From a virus, in IMG/VR virus record IMGVR_UViG_3300005529_000034, positions 392 to 64,391 of that record: a stretch of 64,000 bases of DNA, one strand, 5' to 3'. Below, one piece after another: positions 48,258-55,536 of this stretch (its first letter is position 1; every line of letters begins with the position of its first letter). A program made the translations under genes and the position numbers. The notes under the pieces were generated by a model. That model saw only the letters and a program-made list of their open reading frames with translations. It was not told where the DNA came from and did no database searches.

Positions 48258-48466
48258 CGGGACGGATAGATTGCGTGGCCGTGAAAGAGAACGTTCGGAA
48301 TGCCCTTATCGAGCAGCTTGCGATTTGTCCACCGCCTTTCTGGCGGCAGATAGTTCACGACCTCGGCATACTGCTGAATCGTGACCGCTGTCCCGGTTTC
48401 CTGATTTGGTAGCGTCGAACGCAGCCGCAAAGCGAGCCGGCGCACACTCTTCGGCGGCAATTTCAT
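48254..48466 (-). CDS. hypothetical protein
   Basis: ATGA overlaps at both ends. Confidence 0.55.
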   Translation of the reverse strand: MKLPPKSVRRLALRLRSTLPNQETGTAVTIQQYAEVVNYLPPERRWTNRKLLDKGIPNVLFHGHAIYPSR

Positions 48467-48585
48467 CGGCCCCAGCCGAAGAATCGCAGCAGGAGCCAAA
48501 ACCACAAGCCGAGAATCGCGACGATGACGATGTACGCTGCAGCCATCCAGGCAAGCAGCTCGCCGAAGAACTTCAGCAGGATCAT
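48463..48585 (-). CDS. small membrane protein (40 aa)
   Basis: MILLKFFGELLAWMAAAYIVIVAILGLWFWLLLRFFGWGR. Confidence 0.5.
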   Translation of the reverse strand: MILLKFFGELLAWMAAAYIVIVAILGLWFWLLLRFFGWGR

Positions 48586-48737
48586 CGCAGCAGCGACACG
48601 GCAGCACTCACGACCGCGCCGCCAATGATCAGCACAATCGTGCACACGAGGCCGAGAATTAGGCAGGCGCCGAACACCGGCAAGAGCGTCTCGAACACGA
48701 ACGTGCAATACCGGTCGAGCAGGCCATTTTCCTTCAC
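48582..48737 (-). CDS. small membrane protein (51 aa; absent from ORF track)
   Basis: GTG start; long hydrophobic stretch; stop overlaps next ATG. Confidence 0.45.
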   Translation of the reverse strand: MKENGLLDRYCTFVFETLLPVFGACLILGLVCTIVLIIGGAVVSAAVSLLR

Positions 48738-48814
48738 GGGAACCTTACCGGAGGATCAGGGATCGCGAGCATAAGCAAACCGAGGGCGATCACCACGAGG
48801 CAGAGAGCGCTCAT
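48734..48814 (-). CDS. small membrane peptide (26 aa; absent from ORF track)
   Basis: MSALCLVVIALGLLMLAIPDPPVRFP; overlaps both neighbours by 4 nt. Confidence 0.4.
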   Translation of the reverse strand: MSALCLVVIALGLLMLAIPDPPVRFP

Positions 48815-49032
48815 CGGGTGATGTGCTTCACGGCCCACATGACCGCTTGCTCCATGTTGGTCGCCGCGAGCGACAGCTCACGACTCGCGCCGAGTTGCTT
48901 CAGGTACTCGACGAAGTCGAGGCCCTTATCCTTGATCGCCTTCATGGCGAGCTTGTCGGTCTCCGACAGCACGCGGTACTCGTGGCGCATCACGTTGTTG
49001 ACGGTGCGCTCGTCTGAAGTCGAATCGATCAT
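48811..49032 (-). CDS. Acb2/Tad1-like helical-hairpin protein (putative signal sponge)
   Basis: HEYRVLS..K..M..IK and SRELSLA.T..EQAVMWA pattern. Confidence 0.7.
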   Translation of the reverse strand: MIDSTSDERTVNNVMRHEYRVLSETDKLAMKAIKDKGLDFVEYLKQLGASRELSLAATNMEQAVMWAVKHITR

Positions 49033-49065
49033 GGATGCTCCAGCCGGTTGCGGCGTGAGGTGAAA

Positions 49066-49142
49066 TGGTTGCGGGGGCAGGAGTTGCACCTGCGATATCC
49101 GGCTTATGAGGCCGGAGCCTTAACTGCCTTGGCGACCCCGCC
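49066..49142 (-). tRNA. tRNA-Met/Ile2 (CAT), G1:A72 mismatch
   Basis: GCGGGG/CCCCGC acceptor, CCGGC/GCCGG, CTCATAA loop, TGCAACT T loop, ACCA. Confidence 0.85.
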
Positions 49143-49225
49143 AGAATGCAGCCCGTCTTCCCCGACGGGCAGGGCCTGCAGCGGTGGCCGGAATGACCGG
49201 GCGGCACGGATGCCGCAGGATTTCT

Positions 49226-49297
49226 TGGTGGACCCGTCGGGAGTCGAACCCGCAGAACCTCCTTGCAAGGGAGGCGCGTCGCCCGCGACACAAGCCC
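49226..49297 (-). tRNA. tRNA-Ala (TGC) with shortened D arm
   Basis: G3-U70 pair, CCTCC/GGAGG, CTTGCAA loop, TTCGACT T loop, ACCA; 72 nt. Confidence 0.8.
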
Positions 49298-49302
49298 GAA
49301 TG

Positions 49303-49385
49303 AGACACGGCCGTTATCCTTGCCATCTAGACGACGCCGAGTGCTACCACGGCGGTGGGCTTCGATCCCACGTCTCCGGCCTCTT
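49303..49385 (-). ncRNA. circularly permuted tRNA-like element 4
   Basis: GCCGG AGAC GTGGG-ATCGAAG-CCCAC CGCCGTG-GTAGCA-CTCGGCG TC GTCT-AGATGGCAA-GGAT A ACGGC. Confidence 0.7.
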
Positions 49386-49475
49386 AGGAATGCGCCCGCC
49401 AGTGTCTGCACTCACCGGGAGGTCTCGCCTTGTCGGGAGCCCGAGACCCGAGGGCCATGCCTCGGGGCGCGTATC
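49386..49475 (-). ncRNA. divergent permuted cloverleaf element 3
   Basis: GCGCC/GGCGC closing CCGAG/CTCGG, GTCTCG/CGAGAC and CCGGTG/CACTGG arms in T-acceptor-D order; tRNA consensus bases mostly lost. Confidence 0.4.
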
Positions 49476-49555
49476 AAACGAGCTGCGTCCTACCGCTAGA
49501 CGACCGGAACGGCGGAGGTCCCGGGCGGGATTCGAACCCGCGTTTCAGCTCTCTT
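49476..49555 (-). ncRNA. circularly permuted tRNA-like element 2
   Basis: AGCTG AAAC GCGGG-TTCGAAT-CCCGC CCGGGAC-CTCCGCC-GTTCCGG TC GTCT-AGCGGTA-GGAC G CAGCT. Confidence 0.8.
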
Positions 49556-49638
49556 CCGAATGGGTGCGTCCTCATACCTTAGACGACGGCCGGCTAAGCC
49601 GACCGGCGGGCGTTGACCCCGCATTTCACCCTGTACGG
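49556..49638 (-). ncRNA. circularly permuted tRNA-like element 1
   Basis: GGGTG AAAT GCGGG-GTCAACG-CCCGC CGGTCGG-CTTAG-CCGGCCG TC GTCT-AAGGTATGA-GGAC G CACCC. Confidence 0.75.
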
Positions 49639-49914
49639 TGGCCGCTCCCGCCTTCGGGGCAAGGAGGGCCGAATTCAGCCACGGCTTTATTTCCCACCCT
49701 GCGGTGAGACCGGCCCGAAGGCACGGCGGGCGCCGCGAACCGCGGTCCTGATTGTTGACGGGGTCAGGCGAGCCCCGATGCACTCAGGGCGTTTCGAGGT
49801 GCGTTGAACACCGCGGGCACGTCGCAGCCCAATCCGTGTCGCCGGAACAACTCGTCGCCCCGGATCAGGGCGGCTCGCTGTAACGCCGCGTGGCTTGCGG
49901 GGCCTTTTACGTTT

Positions 49915-50048
49915 ATCGGTGAAGCCCAAACGCACGGTACCCGGTTTCCCGGGAAAATGGGTCGGCCTCTCACCGACTGGGACGCGTCACATCTCTGGGC
50001 CTTTTGATCGGTTAAGCCCAAACGCACGGTACCCGGTTTCCCGGGAAA
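49915..50048. repeat. 42-bp direct repeat, two copies, 92-bp period
   Basis: 49915-49956 and 50007-50048 are 41/42 identical; each ends in TTTCCCGGGAAA. Confidence 0.9.
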
Positions 50049-50174
50049 GCGAGCAGGGAGGCTACCGGGCGGACCCGCCAAGGAACGCCCGACGCAGGTC
50101 GGGGACGTTGGCGCGGCGCCCGACCTACCCGCGCAATCAGCGCAGGTGCCTATTCGAAAAAGCTCTGGAATTTC

Positions 50175-50366
50175 AAAATTTTACAGGGGATTCGGTCTCC
50201 CGAGCAGCGTCTCTTGCACCGACGCCCGGTAGGGCTCGTGAGACCGGATTCCGTGTAAAAATTTTCCAGGGATCACGGGTCCCCTGACCGCGCGCACTTC
50301 GAAGCTCTCGGACTGCCATCAGCCGTCGGCCGGGGAGACGTGATCCCTGGAAAATTGTAAAATTTT
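50175..50366. repeat. chained inverted repeats with AAAATTTT tracts
   Basis: perfect 18-bp IR 50260-50277/50339-50356; imperfect IR 50175-50199/50240-50265. Confidence 0.8.
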
Positions 50367-50566
50367 CAGAACTCGGCTGCTTGCGTATACGTACGCGCGC
50401 CGCGTTCCACCGGCCACCCGGATTCGGGATCGAGGGGGCGTGGCCGTCCGCGTTAACGAGGGGACCCATCGGGCGTTAACGGATGACCGTCTAGCGGTCG
50501 CGCGTGACCATTGCGTGGTCGTTCGGGCTAGTGCGCATAATCCCCATTATGTTACCTGCCCTTGCA

Positions 50567-50579
50567 AATCAACGACTTA
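50567..50579 (+). promoter_or_regulatory. IHF consensus site
   Basis: AATCAACGACTTA matches WATCAANNNNTTR. Confidence 0.5.
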
Positions 50580-50610
50580 GGACCGTATTCCCGGCTGTGG
50601 CGAGCGCGCG

Positions 50611-51009
50611 TCAGAAGTCCGCATCGGTTTCTGACGGGACTGGCACGGTTTTCGCCGGCCTCGCGGGCTGGGTCTCGACCCCCACCGGGAAGGCCTCTAA
50701 AACCGCCGGAGAAGCTCCTAGCGCCGGGATCGCGTCTGGCCGGTCCTCGACTACCACCCTCATGGGCATCGCCTCATAAGCCGCCAGAATCGTCGTACGC
50801 GTCTCCGCCGGGATGATCTTCCCGAGCAGGCCCAGGAACACGTCTGGCCGCTTCCGGGCGACCCGGAGCAGGTAATCCTGGCCTCCGGCGGCGCGGAAAG
50901 CGCCCTCGATGGCGTCCTTGATCGACTGGCTGAGCCGATTCGGGCCTCGGGGCTTACGGTTACCCGCTTTGTCGGACCCCGGTAATTTCGCCTTAGCCGG
51001 AGCTGACAA
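50611..51009 (-). CDS. terminase small subunit
   Basis: RKPRGPNRL...IKDAIE.AF...GG..YL..VA...P.VFL.LLGKIIP; first gene of late arm. Confidence 0.75.
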   Translation of the reverse strand: MSAPAKAKLPGSDKAGNRKPRGPNRLSQSIKDAIEGAFRAAGGQDYLLRVARKRPDVFLGLLGKIIPAETRTTILAAYEAMPMRVVVEDRPDAIPALGASPAVLEAFPVGVETQPARPAKTVPVPSETDADF

Positions 51010-51360
51010 AGCGCTTTTCTTTCAAAATCATGGGCTTACGATATCAGGTAACCTGAGACTGGGTCGTCCGCGGCCCCTGACAGGCGCCCTAACCGCCTGA
51101 TTCGTAAGCCATTTCCCGGGAATATCGGCCGCCCGGATCACCGGGCAGCCTCACGCCGCCGTTGCGTCGTGCGCGGTCGGGCGAAAATCATCGGGGCTCA
51201 CACAGGTATCGCCGGATTTTCCCAACCGTCTCACCCAATTTTGCTGGGTTCACCCCTCACGCGGTGGCCAATCGGGTATAAATCCCTACGGGATTTATAT
51301 ACCCCCGACTGGCCAAGCCGACGCGAGATAGGGGCGCCCGACCGGCAATGGCCGATGAAG

Positions 51361-51785
51361 TGGCCAGTCACCGGCCAGCGCTAACTCCATGATTCTCATC
51401 AGGAAATCGACAAATGGCCGGTGAAGTGGCCAGTCACCGGCCACAATTTTGTCGGCTATATCCAGCGCGCACAAGTGCTTGATTTCCTTAGAGAGGCCTC
51501 GGCGAGCGGTTGCCCAGTCACTTGCCCTTGATTTCATTGACATTTTTCCTTGCGATCCCGCGCTCACAATCGTATGCGATGACCACTAGGTGGACAACAC
51601 ACGTAAGCTCTTGATTCTCTTACGTGGGCGGTGTGGCCGGTCGACTGGCCAGTCACCGGCCACCGACCGGCCAAATGAGGCGCGGCGAGCGCGTCACGGA
51701 TAGCCAAAATGCCACTTTAATGAAGCGGATCAACCATTTGTGCGCGCTGGATATAGCCTACAGAAAACTGGCCGGTCACCGGCCA
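51361..51785. repeat. divergent control region: four 17-mers and an approximately 58-bp imperfect inverted repeat
   Basis: TGGCCAGTCACCGGCCA at 51361, 51427, 51646, variant at 51769; IR about 51426-51483 / 51729-51786. Confidence 0.85.
51472..51616 (-). promoter_or_regulatory. two IHF consensus sites
   Basis: CAAGTGCTTGATT (51472-51484) and TAAGCTCTTGATT (51604-51616) match YAANNNNTTGATW. Confidence 0.5.
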
Positions 51786-51856
51786 CCCGACCGTTTTTGG
51801 CCGTCGCGCCACATTGCAGCATTTGTCCACGGTGTGGTCGCCTTGCGCGATTGCAG

Positions 51857-51886
51857 TTGCACCCTTGCAGGCGACAGGGATACCGT
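51857..51886 (+). promoter_or_regulatory. candidate early sigma70 promoter
   Basis: TTGCAC-N18-TACCGT upstream of first early gene. Confidence 0.35.
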
Positions 51887-51934
51887 CCGCCCCCGTACCG
51901 ACGCGGTCGGACAACCATACCGGAGGGTCTCCAA

Positions 51935-52033
51935 ATGAACAAAGACGACTTCATCGACTACGTGCTCCTCGCCATCGGCCTCCTCGGGATCGTCGCCATT
52001 TTCGCGGTGACCCTCTACGCGCTGGCGCACTAA
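51935..52033 (+). CDS. small membrane protein (32 aa)
   Basis: GGAGGG RBS; MNKDDFIDYVLLAIGLLGIVAIFAVTLYALAH. Confidence 0.6.
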   Translation: MNKDDFIDYVLLAIGLLGIVAIFAVTLYALAH

Positions 52034-52047
52034 AAGAGGGCACGATC

Positions 52048-52371
52048 ATGCGTAACCGTTACATGATCCGGGTGTTCCAAGGCCCAAAGAAGCTCGCGGA
52101 ATTCGAGCAGACAATGGACCCGGAGCACGTCGAGCGCCGCACCCGAGAGCTGCAGGGCCGCTTCGGGACAACCGACGTGAGCTTCGAGCTGCTCGATTCC
52201 GATGCGGTTGAAGGGATCAAGGTCGGGCCGTACGAGGTCTGTAAGGTGGGCTTCGGCTCGAAGGCCTGGATGATCCGCGGCGCGGATTTGCGGGGCGGGA
52301 TCATGCAGCCCTCCAAAGCAGCGGCCATCGAGGAGGCCAAGCGCCTCCACACGGGAGGGCGCCGTGGTTAG
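52048..52371 (+). CDS. hypothetical early protein
   Basis: GAGGG RBS, ATG 52048. Confidence 0.6.
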   Translation: MRNRYMIRVFQGPKKLAEFEQTMDPEHVERRTRELQGRFGTTDVSFELLDSDAVEGIKVGPYEVCKVGFGSKAWMIRGADLRGGIMQPSKAAAIEEAKRLHTGGRRG

Positions 52372-52726
52372 ATCGATCTACGATTCCATTGTCGAGCTGA
52401 CCGGGCCTGACCTCATGATTCGGTGCGCGCGTATCGGCAATCCGCAAGCCGCGGACGCCTATGCGACGGCCGATTTGGCCGCCGGAGAGGCCGTTATAGC
52501 GGCACTGCGGGCCGGGAGCTGCCGTGACACGGTTCGGGCGGACATTGCCGCCGCACGGGCCTCTGCGCGCCTGCGCTGGTTCGTCTCCGACGGCAGCACT
52601 GACCTTGAGATTGAGACCGTCGGGGAGCCGGACTGGGATTCCCGTTTCGAGGCCCTGGACCTTGAGAGCGGCGAGCGCATCTGGGTCAATGGCTGGCTGA
52701 TGACCGACCGCGAGGAGCTGCCATGA
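52364..52726 (+). CDS. hypothetical early protein
   Basis: GGAGGG RBS, overlapping chain. Confidence 0.6.
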   Translation: MVRSIYDSIVELTGPDLMIRCARIGNPQAADAYATADLAAGEAVIAALRAGSCRDTVRADIAAARASARLRWFVSDGSTDLEIETVGEPDWDSRFEALDLESGERIWVNGWLMTDREELP

Positions 52727-52917
52727 TGGCCAAGCAACTGCAATATCGAATCCGGCCTGCTATCGGTGAACCGCAAACCGCGTGGCAGATTGACGACACA
52801 GCGCGCGTGATACGCAAAGAGTGGCAGGAGCGGTTGAACGCTCGCAAGTATGCCGGCGAGGTGGAGTATCGCGTCGTCGAGGTGTCAGCCGCTGCACTCA
52901 AGAAAGTGCGTGCCTAG
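52723..52917 (+). CDS. hypothetical early protein
   Basis: GAGGAG RBS, ATGA overlap. Confidence 0.6.
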   Translation: MMAKQLQYRIRPAIGEPQTAWQIDDTARVIRKEWQERLNARKYAGEVEYRVVEVSAAALKKVRA

Positions 52918-52931
52918 CACGGGAGGGCAAC

Positions 52932-53414
52932 ATGGGGAGACCGCGGGAATCGGGAATCTACACGGCGCGCGAGCCGCGGTGCCTGCCTAAGAGGCGGCAC
53001 CGTTGGAAGAGTCCGCGCGTCGTGTTCGGCGATGGAGACCTCTGGAACGAAGCAGGGCACGTGCTGCAACGGGAATGTTGCGCCAATTGCGGCTGGTACA
53101 AGTTCACGGAGTCCGACGACTCAGTCCTCTATCACGAGCCAGACAAGCGCTCTCTTGCCTGGATCAAATCGCAACCGAACACGAGGAAAGACGACATGGA
53201 ACAGACACTGCAAGAAATCGCGCTGAATTTTATCAAGCGCGTCGAATATTCCACGCCCGGTGAGCTGGAGCACCTCTATATCATGCTGCGCACCTACGAG
53301 CATGACGTCGGACGGAAGTCCTCAATGCGGCATTTTGCGGCGAAGCTGAAGGGCATCCTGCCCTTCCAGACAGAGGCCGTCTTGCTGGGTCTGAATCATT
53401 ACAAACCGACGTGA
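52932..53414 (+). CDS. hypothetical early protein with CCxxC
   Basis: GGAGGG RBS before ATG 52932; RECCANCG. Confidence 0.55.
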   Translation: MGRPRESGIYTAREPRCLPKRRHRWKSPRVVFGDGDLWNEAGHVLQRECCANCGWYKFTESDDSVLYHEPDKRSLAWIKSQPNTRKDDMEQTLQEIALNFIKRVEYSTPGELEHLYIMLRTYEHDVGRKSSMRHFAAKLKGILPFQTEAVLLGLNHYKPT

Positions 53415-53707
53415 GGGGCACTGTCGTGAAACAGAAATCCGGTATCCAGGGCTCAGGGATCACGGTCTCAACTCGCCTGAGCTTCCAGCAACAGTGCGAT
53501 GTGCGCGCGGGCCTGCTCTGCCTCGCTCAGTCCATTCACAAGGTCGCGAAGCATTGGCCAGCCGCGGAATGGGTAGTGCGCATGATGCAGTTGCGCGATT
53601 TGGAGCGGCAACTCTTCGGCGCGGCTCCCACAATGCATGCATTCATGGAACTGGAACAGCGGCGGAACTTTCCCGGGAAAGCCAAATCCACTACGCGGTC
53701 ATCCTGA
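53411..53707 (+). CDS. hypothetical early protein
   Basis: GTGA overlap; start uncertain. Confidence 0.45.
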   Translation: MRGTVVKQKSGIQGSGITVSTRLSFQQQCDVRAGLLCLAQSIHKVAKHWPAAEWVVRMMQLRDLERQLFGAAPTMHAFMELEQRRNFPGKAKSTTRSS

Positions 53708-53717
53708 TAATTGACAG

Positions 53718-53746
53718 TTGCAAGCTGATACGCGGGACCTTAGAGT
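53718..53746 (+). promoter_or_regulatory. sigma70-like promoter
   Basis: TTGCAA-N17-TAGAGT upstream of DUF932 gene. Confidence 0.55.
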
Positions 53747-53812
53747 CACGCCACACCGCAAACGCGGTAAGGGTCGCCGGCCCCGAGTCCGGCAACGATG
53801 GAGATACTGATC

Positions 53813-54955
53813 ATGGCAACTCTGATGAAAGCTTCGCACCAGTGGGCCACGCGCCCGGCCGACGAGCGTTTCACTTCGCTGATTGCGCTCAATGACCACG
53901 TTCAACACGAGCATCAATTCAGCCGGGCGAAGTGCGTCAGCTCGCGCGCCGTCAAAGCCTGTCCGGCCATCCTGAACGAGACCGGCACGCCCTACGACAC
54001 CGCAGGGCTTCAGGTCCTGGGACCGAACGGCGACGCGGTCAATCTCACGCACTGGAGCTTCTCGCAGCTCGCCCAGCGGGCCGGTGCCCCGGCGGGCTAT
54101 CTGCGGGACCTGCCCTCCCCGCTCGCCGCGGACTGCGTGAACTTCGGCTTGCAGACGCGCAACGTGGAAGACCTCGGGGTCCTCCTCTACAAGAATGGCG
54201 GTGACCCGTTCCTGCGCGCGGTGACCGGCCCGAATTACGGGCGCGTGTGGAACTCGACGATCACGCAGGCGCTCGTCAATCGCTTCGGCGATGGCATTAC
54301 GGGCGACTTCCGGGTGCCCGGTGAGTTTGGCAAGCAGGTGGCGGTCACCAAGGCCAACACGACGCTCTACGCGAGCGACAGAGACATGTTCGTGTTCCTG
54401 GCGGATGAAACCCACCGCATCGAGATTCCGAACCGCCGCAACGGCAAGAAGGGCTCACTCGCACGCGGCTTTTTCATCTGGAATTCCGAGGTCGGCAGCA
54501 CCTCACTCGGTATTGCCATGTTCCTGTTCGATTACGTGTGCGGCAACCGCATCGTCTGGGGTGCGGAACAGATTGCGGAGCTGCGCGTGCGCCACACGGT
54601 CTCCGCTCCGGCCCGCTGGATCGCGCAGTGCATCCCGGCCATCGAGCGCGTATCGCAGTCGGCAACCGAGGGTGTGGTCAAGACGATCACGCAGGCGCAG
54701 CTTACGAAGATTGCGAGCGGCACGGATGAGCTGGAGCGCGAGAAAGCGGTCAGTAAGTTCCTGGCTGAGCGCTTCAGCAATTCTCAGGTGTCTTTCATCA
54801 AGGCCGCGCACATGGCCGAGGAGGAGCGTCCTATCGAGTCCATCTGGGACGCGGTGACAGGGATCACGGCTTATGCGAAGACGGTTGAGTATCAGGACGA
54901 GCGCGTGAAGCTGGAGCGCGAAGCGGGCAAGCTCCTGCAGAAGGTCGGCAAGTAA
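53813..54955 (+). CDS. DUF932 family protein
   Basis: QWA.RP.DERF.SL, WSF.QLA..GAP..YL, LYASDRDMFVF, RGFF.WNSEVG, DYVCGNRIVWG. Confidence 0.75.
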   Translation: MATLMKASHQWATRPADERFTSLIALNDHVQHEHQFSRAKCVSSRAVKACPAILNETGTPYDTAGLQVLGPNGDAVNLTHWSFSQLAQRAGAPAGYLRDLPSPLAADCVNFGLQTRNVEDLGVLLYKNGGDPFLRAVTGPNYGRVWNSTITQALVNRFGDGITGDFRVPGEFGKQVAVTKANTTLYASDRDMFVFLADETHRIEIPNRRNGKKGSLARGFFIWNSEVGSTSLGIAMFLFDYVCGNRIVWGAEQIAELRVRHTVSAPARWIAQCIPAIERVSQSATEGVVKTITQAQLTKIASGTDELEREKAVSKFLAERFSNSQVSFIKAAHMAEEERPIESIWDAVTGITAYAKTVEYQDERVKLEREAGKLLQKVGK

Positions 54956-55008
54956 CAACGGAGGGCGAGGCGTATCGATTGCGGTACGCCTCGCCTGGGA
55001 GACCTGCG

Positions 55009-55272
55009 ATGAAAGTCGAAGTCCTATTGAGCGCTGAAGAAGATGTCATCGTGGAATTAGAAGTCACGCGGGAGGAATGCGCCGCATTGCTGCGGCTAGC
55101 GGAGGGTTTGCGGCAGAAACGCAGTTGTTACGCGCCGACCATGTCGGTAACGCCTGCCGTCATGGAGCGTGGCAATTGCCCCCTCTGCGGCCAGAAGCGC
55201 AATCCGCGGTTTGAGGTCTGTTCGTGCATCGAGCCGAACGCGTTGCCCTTTTTCCCGGGAAACGGAGTCTGA
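55009..55272 (+). CDS. hypothetical protein with zinc-finger-like CPLC..CSC
   Basis: GGGAG RBS; Cys cluster. Confidence 0.55.
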   Translation: MKVEVLLSAEEDVIVELEVTREECAALLRLAEGLRQKRSCYAPTMSVTPAVMERGNCPLCGQKRNPRFEVCSCIEPNALPFFPGNGV

Positions 55273-55275
55273 GCC

Positions 55276-55524
55276 ATGACAGATGACTTTGCGGATCATG
55301 CGCCCCCGGGCGTGCCCGTCGACAATGCTAAGCTCATTACGAGCGCGTTACGCGAGGCCTCGATTGGGCGGTACCAGTTGGCAAGATTTCTCTTGGCGAC
55401 GGGCAAGCAAGGGCCAGTTGGCCAAACCGGTTACGCCGTCTTGCGCGAAGCAACCGCAATGACTGCACTGTGCGATGCCATCGAATCGGCTGGGCTCAAT
55501 GAAGCCCTGCGCCGCACCTACTGA
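55276..55524 (+). CDS. hypothetical early protein
   Basis: GGAG RBS, operon packing. Confidence 0.55.
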   Translation: MTDDFADHAPPGVPVDNAKLITSALREASIGRYQLARFLLATGKQGPVGQTGYAVLREATAMTALCDAIESAGLNEALRRTY

Positions 55525-55536
55525 AGGAGAGATGAC

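Noticed and set aside
49143-49225. Fifth permuted tRNA between tRNA-Ala and tRNA-Met
   Set aside because: Three hairpins of similar total length, but no T-loop or D-arm signature; treated as a structured spacer.
49514-49593. Ordinary-order tRNA with an apparent CGG anticodon
   Set aside because: In normal order the acceptor (CCGGCCG vs CCGGGAC) and anticodon stems do not pair. Each half pairs fully with a neighbouring permuted partner instead.
49890-50060. Pistol ribozyme or c-di-GMP riboswitch
   Set aside because: GGGCC..AAGCCC resembles pistol, but P1 and the GU cleavage/P2 partner are absent; the c-di-GMP consensus is not matched.
51537-51570. sigma70 promoter at TTGACA
   Set aside because: No -10 element at 16-18 bp spacing.
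49915-51785. CRISPR array
   Set aside because: Only two 42-bp copies and irregularly spaced 17-mers; no regular repeat-spacer series and no cas operon. DUF2800 is a replication-linked nuclease.
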